Of a stretch of DNA of 16,507 bases, positions 9,381 through 16,507 are shown piece by piece. The first letter of the stretch is position 1, and each line of letters opens with the position of its first letter. A program made the translations under genes and the position numbers. This stretch comes from Azolla caroliniana (taxonomy: Eukaryota; Plantae; Polypodiophyta). The notes below the pieces were generated by a model, which had not been told where the DNA came from, ran no database searches, and was given only the letters and a program-made list of their open reading frames with translations. The stretch lies in contig JBHGNT010000743.1 in NCBI GenBank assembly GCA_043228905.1, positions 1 through 16,507 of the forward strand, in the 5' to 3' direction.

Positions 9381-12300
9381 CACCGGGTCATTTGAAACGG
9401 GTAATATGTCGCATTCTCTTTTTCATATCTTAGTGAGACGTTAAAAAATGCCTTATTTAAGCAGAATTTCAACAAGGCACGACGCATGTGTATGTGGTTT
9501 ATGAAAACATAGCGAAAAAAAGAACTAACTAATATCACGTCAACAAAATCATCCGACGTATATTCTATCTACCATGTTTTTGTCCAAATCTTAGACAGTG
9601 GTGTATTTGTCAACACAAGTATAATAGTAACACGGGTCCTTGTGCATATTCTAAAAAGCATGCCCCATTGAATAAGTGACTTCTTCTAATTATGTGTGTA
9701 TATTTAAATATAATACATCTTAAAGCAAATTGTGAACCTTGCAATTAAGAGATACTACTATGTCAAGAGAAAATTTCCATTGACACGTGATACATGACAC
9801 TGTCAATGTATAAATAAACTAGTCTACAATAACATTCCAATCATACGAGTAAATGATAGAGTATAAACTTATCTCCGATATACCCCAAATGATAAAGGAG
9901 AGTTTAGATAACATGTACACATACAAGTATACTTAATTTCTAAGTTCAATGATTGTTACACGAAAATTATAAGTAAGCTCAACTTATATATTACGTCAAA
10001 ATTTAACAATTCATATTGTTCAAAATTTACAATAAGCCATAACCATTCAATCGAATAATAAGTCTGGTAAAGCCATCTACTCAGGATTAGCTCTTTCATC
10101 AGGATTATCCTCATTGGCTTCGTCAGTACGCTAAATTGAATTGTTAGTATGTTCAGACTCTGAAATGTCTTCTAATTCAACAAGTTGCCCTGCGTCTTCA
10201 TCTATAGTTCCACAAGTTTTCTAAAAGTCATCTGGAACATCTAAGTTTTATTGATATGCTTTGCCCCAACTTCTTGGTCTTGATCAGGACAACCCCAGAT
10301 ACCTTGGATCCTCATTTTGATGACATTAACTTGCTCAAGGTCCTTCTCTAATGCAACAGAGTTCCTGATAATCTTTAAGGCGTATGTTTTAGTAGTACAT
10401 GACAGTAGAATGAAATTGCACAGGTAACATCAAACTGAAGAATAGAATATAACGTTAATCTAAATTGATGTAAGTTTTATATTATATACCTGTGTCAGAA
10501 AACTAATCTAAAACCCATTGAAAATTTGAAACAATAAAATTTGAAAAAATAAAAAATCTTGGATTTTTAATTGGAATCCAATGCGATGCACTAGATTTCA
10601 GTTGAAAATCCAAGTTTTTTTTTTTTTTGTAATTTTTAAAATTTTTTCCATTAAAAAATAAAAAATGGATTTTCAGCTAAAATATTATGCACTACATTAT
10701 ATTTTAGTATATATAGCTAGAATCTAATGCAATGCGTTGGATTAGAGTCGAAAATCCATTTTTCTTTTTTCTTTTTCCAATGTTATTTATTTATTTATTT
10801 TCCATATAAAAAAATAATAAACGGCTTTTCAACTGAAATCCGATACACTACATCAGATCGTAGTCTATACAGCTAGACATTGATGCATTGCATCAGATTT
10901 TAGCTAGCAATCCTCTTTCTTTTCAATTGTTTTTCATTTTTTCAAAAAATAAATAAAAATATATTAAAAAAGTGGATTTCCAACTGAAATCTAATGCACT
11001 ACATCGAATTTCAATTAAAAATCCAAAATTCTTTTAGGTTTTTCATAAAACAATGAGATAATAAAAAAATATTACATTTTCAACAAAATCTGAACCATTG
11101 AGTCGGATTTCAATTGCAAATTAATGTTTTATGAAAAAACATAAGAAAAATATTGGACTTTCAACGGAAATCTGATGCACTACATCGGATTTCTATTGAA
11201 ACTCGGTGATTTTGAACGGAAATCCGATGCAGTGCATCGGATTTCCATTGAAAATCCTGTTGAAAATGATGTGTTTTCAACGGGAATCCGATGCACATCA
11301 TTTTAAATGGAGAAAATCACAATTTGTTTATTTTTAACACTTTTTTAGAGAAAAATATAAACAAATAAGAAAATTTGTAAACAAACAAGAAAAAGTGGAC
11401 TTTCGATGGAAATCCGATGCAGTGCATCGGATTTCCGTTGAAAATCCATTTTTTTCAATTCCTATATATTTATTTATGATAAAAACAAAAAAAATTCAAA
11501 ACAAATACAAAAACAAATTCAAAATATCTGAAAAATTGGAAACAAATAAAACAAAATGGATTTTCAATAGAAATCTGATGTAGTGCATCGGATTTCTGTT
11601 GAAAACCCATTTTTTGCAATTTTTATTTATTTATTTATGGGAAAAAATGAAAAACAATTTAAAAAATACAAAAAAATATTTTAAAATATGAAAATTTGGT
11701 AACAAATAGCAAAAAGTGGACTTTCAATAGAAATCCGATGCAGTGCATCGGATTTACTTTGAAAATTCATTTTTTCAATTTCTATATAGTTATTTATGAG
11801 AAAATAGACAAACAAAATACCAAAAAAATTCTAAAAACTATGAAAATTTGGATTGAAAATCTATTTTTTATAGAAAAAATTCCATTGAAAATCTATTTTT
11901 TCAATATTTATTTATTTTTTATAGAAAAAATTCAAACAAATTCAAAAAAATTTTTAAAAAAAAGAAAATTTGGAAAAAAAAACGTAAAAGTGGACTTTCA
12001 ACCAAAATCCGATGCAGTGCATCGGATTTCCGTTGAAAATCCATTTTTTCAATTTTTATTTATATTTTTATGGGAAAAATTCAAAAAAATTCAAAAAAAT
12101 TCAAAAAAAAAAGCAAATTTGGAAAAAATATACGTAAAAGTGGACTTTCAACCAAAATCCGATGCAGTGCACCGGATTTCCGTTGAAAATCCATTTTTTC
12201 AATTTTTATTTATTTTTTTATGGGAAAAATTAAAAAAAATTAAAAAAAATTAAAAAAAAAAAAGCAAATTTGGAAAAAATATACGTAAAAGTGGACTTTC

Positions 12301-13569
12301 AACCAAAATCCGATGCAGTGCACCGGATTTCCGTTGAAAATCCATTTTTTCAATTTTTATTTATTTTTTTATGGGAAAAATAAAAACAAATTCAAAAAAA
12401 ATTAAAAAAATAAGAAAATTTTCAAAAAAATAAGAGAAATTGGATTTTCAATTGAATCCGATGCACAGAATTGGATTTCCATTGAAATCTAAATTTTCAA
12501 TTTTTATTTATTTATTTACGAGTAAAATACAAAATGTTTATTTATTTATTTATGGTAAAATGTTTTATTTTTTCAATTTGTATTTATTTATGTATTTTCG
12601 GGAAATCCATGCAATGTATCATATTTTAGTCTATGTAGCTAGAATTCAATGCAATGCATTAAAATGCAGAGTATTTTTTTAATGGAAATTTTTAAAAAAA
12701 TTCCAAGACTTACAGGAATCTAATGCATTATATCCAATTCTAGATGTATAGAGTAAAATTCGACATGTTGCGTCAAATCTAGATGGAATGAATCGGATTT
12801 CTGTACGACATCAAAGGCTTACTATGAGAATCTAAGAAAAATGGAAAACATCTTTTAGACATTTTTTAGATTCTAATGATTTTGGTAGAAAGCTTCTCTC
12901 ACATAATCTAATCTTGTAAATGGAAAGTACATAATGAAATATCATAACCAAAAAGTGAGGAGGAAAGATGCATCAAGCACATCTACTCTTACATTGGATA
13001 ATGTTTATATATTAGTGTATGACTTATCTTTGACCAAAACAAGTTATCTGTGACAGACCACAATGAAGATACTAAAAGAGGATCTGGAATGTGGCTTCAG
13101 ACACAACACAAAGACAAACAAGAAGCATGACTGATAAACTCGATGAGGTTGGATTGCAATTGGATCAACACAATGCATTTGTTGCCATTGATGATGAGGA
13201 TGAGACCTCATAAACTCGTACTAGTTCATCTAATGGGTATGAAGATGATGACATAAACTTGAAAAATGATTGTCCTGATACGTTAACTATAAATATTGTA
13301 TTGCACATCAAGATTTGGATTCAGAATTTCTATAAATATTGGGGTTAGTCATTTTGGACATTCATTTGTGAGTTTGGCATGTCCATTATTTAGGCATTTT
13401 TTTGAACACCTAAATTTCCGTACATGTTAAAAATCAATATATTTTTGGGTCATTTTTAAAATTCCTTTACGCATGCGGCACCCCTTTTTGTGAATCACCC
13501 TAATTTGTGTCATTTTTTGATGGACAGTTCTCAAAATGCGACATATTACCTATTTCAAATGTCCCGGTG
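9381..13569. mobile_element. Non-autonomous TIR DNA transposon (hAT-like if the TSD is 8 bp)
   Basis: ~35-bp TIRs: CACCGGGTCATTTGAAACGGGTAATATGTCGCATT, and the reverse complement of the right end CACCGGGACATTTGAAATAGGTAATATGTCGCATT. It splits a satellite unit precisely. Flanks are TCACAAAA / TTACAAGA versus TCACAAGA in intact units. Confidence 0.88.
10560..12805. repeat. Array of ~50-bp palindromes separated by AT-rich spacers (~150-165-bp period)
   Basis: Consensus GGA(C/T)TTTCAACGGAAATCCGATGCA-G-TGCATCGGATTTCCGTTGAAAATCC, with more than 15 copies. Near-identical 150/151-bp units start at 11984, 12134 and 12285. Confidence 0.93.
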
Positions 13570-13629
13570 TTACAAGACACACAAACAAATAAACACAAAT
13601 GACAATAACATATAAGATACGTAGGTGAA

Positions 13630-13986
13630 ACCAAACATTAGTTTATTGCAATATAATAGATTCTTTTATAAAATAAGAATCAATTTTACAACGGGTTTGA
13701 TATGAATATGAGAGATAATTTATAAAGGAAAGGGGAATAGAGGTGAAGGAAAGAATAGAGTGGAATATAGAAGAAGGTGATTCTTTGTTGATGATCCTTC
13801 TTCTTTTTCCTTTCAATTGAGTAGAGCTTCTGCGTTCCTTCTCCCCCCCCCCCCTCTTCTTCATGAGAATAGGCTCTTATTTATAGGTTTAGGATTGCTT
13901 GCCTTTTTCCCCTAAAAAAAAGCTTGTCTATATGAGTCGACTTTTTGTTTCCTCACTATTTTTGTTTTCTAGCCCCAAATTTCACA
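13630..13986 (-). repeat. LTR-like fragment
   Basis: Minus strand starts TGTGAAATTTGGGG, with CTATAAATAAG at ~13886-13876 followed by GA- and CT-rich tracts. No TSD or partner LTR was found. Confidence 0.35.
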
Positions 13987-14071
13987 TGCAATATATTCAT
14001 TGAAAGTCCTTTGGGGCAAGACATTGGCGGTTCTAGATTCAACACAAGCACCATCGACCAAGTAATTGACA

Positions 14072-15090
14072 GAGTCCTCGACAAGGATCGGGCCAAAACA
14101 ACAATAGCATGTTGATGGGGGGCATTACAAAGAGCATTGCCCAAGGAGGAGGACGTACGGTTCCGATAAGCAGTACAATGCACAACTTAGTTGAACCTGG
14201 GCCATTTAAGCCTGGAATGCACAATGCGAACACATTGTGTGTTGGGCCACTCCAAGGCACATCCGATAGATTGGTGTGAGTACAATATATTAAATCTCCA
14301 AACAACACTGGTATGGCAAATGGAGCCCCGCGAGGACCGGTTGCTAGAATAAGAGCGGTTCCGACGATAGGACCGATACGGACCGGATGGAAGATTCCGG
14401 TATGAGGACATTTGAACGAGAGACGAGTATCGACGCAATAGGTACAATCAGGATTACTCTCCGAAATATGATCGAAGGTGAGGAACATAATGAAGGTATC
14501 CTGACCAGTAGGGAAACCATAACTATTGCCAGAATAATAGCCACCAGCGTGGTAACCACAATTGGCAGAATCAGCGCCGCGATCACAAGTAGGATTACCG
14601 GTGTACACCGGATGCCACTAAAGCTTTGCCAGAGGGCGGCGTATTCCAACCAGAACCAAGGAGTGTTCAACATGGATAGGGCCCAAAACAACAATAGCAT
14701 GTTAATGCATTGCCCAAGGAGGAGGACCTACGATTTGGAGAGGCAGTACAATGCACAACTTGCCTAAACCCGGGCCATTTAAGCCTTGAATGCACAATGT
14801 GAACACATTGTGCATTGTACCACTCAAAGGCACATACGATAGATCAGTGTGAGTACAATATGCTAAATTGCCAAGCAACACCAATACGACAAATTGAGTC
14901 CCGCGAGGATTGGAGGCCAGAAGAAGAGCGGTTCCGATGAGAGGACCGATACAAACCGGATAGAAGATTCTGGTATGAGGACATTCGAAAGAGAGACGAG
15001 TATCCACGCAATTGGTACGATCGGGATTACTCTCCAGAATATGATCGGACGTGAGGAAGAGAATCAAGGTATCCTGATCAATAGGGGTAC
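14072..15090 (+). pseudogene. Decayed Gag-like region with a tandemly duplicated pair of CCHC zinc knuckles
   Basis: Plus frame 1 reads CTTCLNPGHLSLEC (14752-14793) then CAL(Y)HSKAHTIDQC (14809-14850), followed by an R/D/E/Y-rich tract. A paralogous copy starts at 14179 in the same frame. Stops are TGA/TAG/TAA, some at positions with a sense codon in the other copy. Confidence 0.8.
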
Positions 15091-15837
15091 TATTGAGATC
15101 TCAAGCTCAACTAGATTTAGCTAGTTAGCCAACACACATAACTTAGTCGTTACCTAGATAGAATCTAGTTAGTGTATTGACCTTAAAGCCTTAAATAGGA
15201 TTTTGTACTTGAGTGGGATACTGTTGAGAAACAGGTCCCTCCGGATGAGATCCGGATGAGCCGGATTAGATGAGTCGAAGGAAGGAACCGAACCGGATGG
15301 GTCCGGAAGGTATGCAGACACCGTATCGGATGGGTTCGGAAGGTATCTGGACACCGGATCGCATGGATCCGGAAGGTGTCCGGCCGTATCTAGTATGAAC
15401 CAACAAATAGGAACATTTTGTAAATATATTCAAACGTGACCATTGAGGTAATATTTGTAAATAGCTCGTAAGTTATATGACTATAAATATAACTAGGGCA
15501 AATAGAGTTTTATGTTATTATTGTTATTATCATTGTACAGATAGAGAGAGATAGAGAGATAGAGAGAGCGAGAGAGAAACAAAAAGTATTTTCTGTTGTA
15601 ACCGCCGGTTGGCGAAGACATAGAGCTCAGATCGTTGCGTCTGAGTCTCGCATTGTATCCTTCCTCTCAAAGTGATAGTTGGGGTCTGTGGGCTCCATTG
15701 TTTTTCCCGATTAGGGTTTTCCACATTAACATCTAGTGTCGTCTCATTTTGTGTTAAGTGCATTAATCTTCATTTCTGCTCTTGTTTCTTCCATAGAGTG
15801 TTTAAGACTCGGTTGTGGCCGAGCACAATTCCGCACA
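15091..15837 (+). mobile_element. Solo LTR
   Basis: Runs TATTG (decayed TGTTG)...GCACA, with flanks GGTAC (15086-15090) and GATAC (15838-15842). It has CTATAAATA at 15481, a GA-rich tract, a U5-like AGGGTTTTCCAC and short CCGGA repeats at 15241-15385. Confidence 0.7.
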
Positions 15838-16507
15838 GATACATTGTAGATCCTCCACTCCCGTGTTCATTTAATATAGGACTTACACCTTCGTACCTAT
15901 ATTCTACTCACACATGTGCACCTTTGCACATGAGATGTATATATACCTCATTGTGGGTATTTTTGTATTTGATGATGCTTTTTAATATACACTCTCGTTA
16001 ATCATCCCCCATTTTATATTGTTCATAAGTGTAACTTCCTCTCACACACATACACACACATATGGGTCAAAGCATGCTACGGTGTACCAACTTTTGGCCA
16101 AAAATTTAGTACTAAATCGAGGAAGAAAATAAACATAAAAATTTGAAAATAAAATAATTATTGCAGAAAATAATGGATTATCATCCATTGAATGAGGTTC
16201 GAATTCAAATAACAAATTCAATACGAGTGTACAAGGATATTATAGGTCACAATCGAAGTGTCCCAAGGTCGTATTTAATACATTAACTATAAATTTATTC
16301 TCCTAGATAGAGTTGTATGAAAGCAGACCTGGAGAAGATCTCGAACGTGTCAGTTGGTTAGTCTGTTAGTCTCTCTCTCTTCTGTCTCAAAGTTGTCAAT
16401 CAGATAGTGACAAAAAGTTTCTATCAATTCAAATTGCAGATATTACCTATCTCTCTCTTTATCTCTTGCTCTCTCTTGCTCTCTCTCACTCCAGCTTTTC
16501 CCCGCGT

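Noticed and set aside
8358-9538. ORFs of 211, 127 and 158 aa
   Set aside because: They run across LTR, satellite and rRNA-fragment junctions, so they cannot be ancestral genes.
11395-12682. K/F/I/N-rich ORFs of up to 185 aa
   Set aside because: They are translations of the AT-rich 150-bp repeat.
10560-12805. CRISPR-like array of palindromic repeats with spacers
   Set aside because: The spacers are ~100 bp, low-complexity and homologous to each other. The repeats are degenerate, there are no cas genes, and the context is eukaryotic transposon DNA.
14039-15067. Minus-strand ORFs of 189, 118 and 121 aa as a duplicated membrane-protein gene
   Set aside because: They are shadows of the plus-strand frame that carries recognisable CCHC knuckles. 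A reconstructed Met start across the solo LTR is likely coincidental.
16063-16110. Possible DNA-transposon terminus (GGGTCAAAGCATGCTACGGTGTACC)
   Set aside because: No partner inverted repeat or TSD was found within the window.

Overview
This is eukaryotic, repeat-rich land-plant DNA (fern-like by inference) with no intact host gene; the window is a stack of nested transposon relics. From left to right: (1) an ancient minus-strand Ty1/copia RT-RNase H remnant. (2) A minus-strand copia composite (1492-8553) with a tRNA-iMet PBS, Gag N-terminus, a large internal deletion, RT/RNase H, PPT and two LTRs that do not match. (3) Nested in its RNase H, a 3.3-kb non-autonomous chromovirus-type Ty3/gypsy element (2256-5584, perfect CTAAC TSD) with minisatellites, a 985-bp tandem duplication and an apparent Tf1-like self-priming PBS. 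(4) A satellite interrupted by a TSD-flanked 26S rRNA fragment and by a 4.2-kb TIR DNA element containing an array of ~50-bp palindromes. (5) A duplicated, decayed double zinc-knuckle Gag-like frame cut by a solo LTR. Most ORFs in the supplied track are antisense shadows or repeat-derived.
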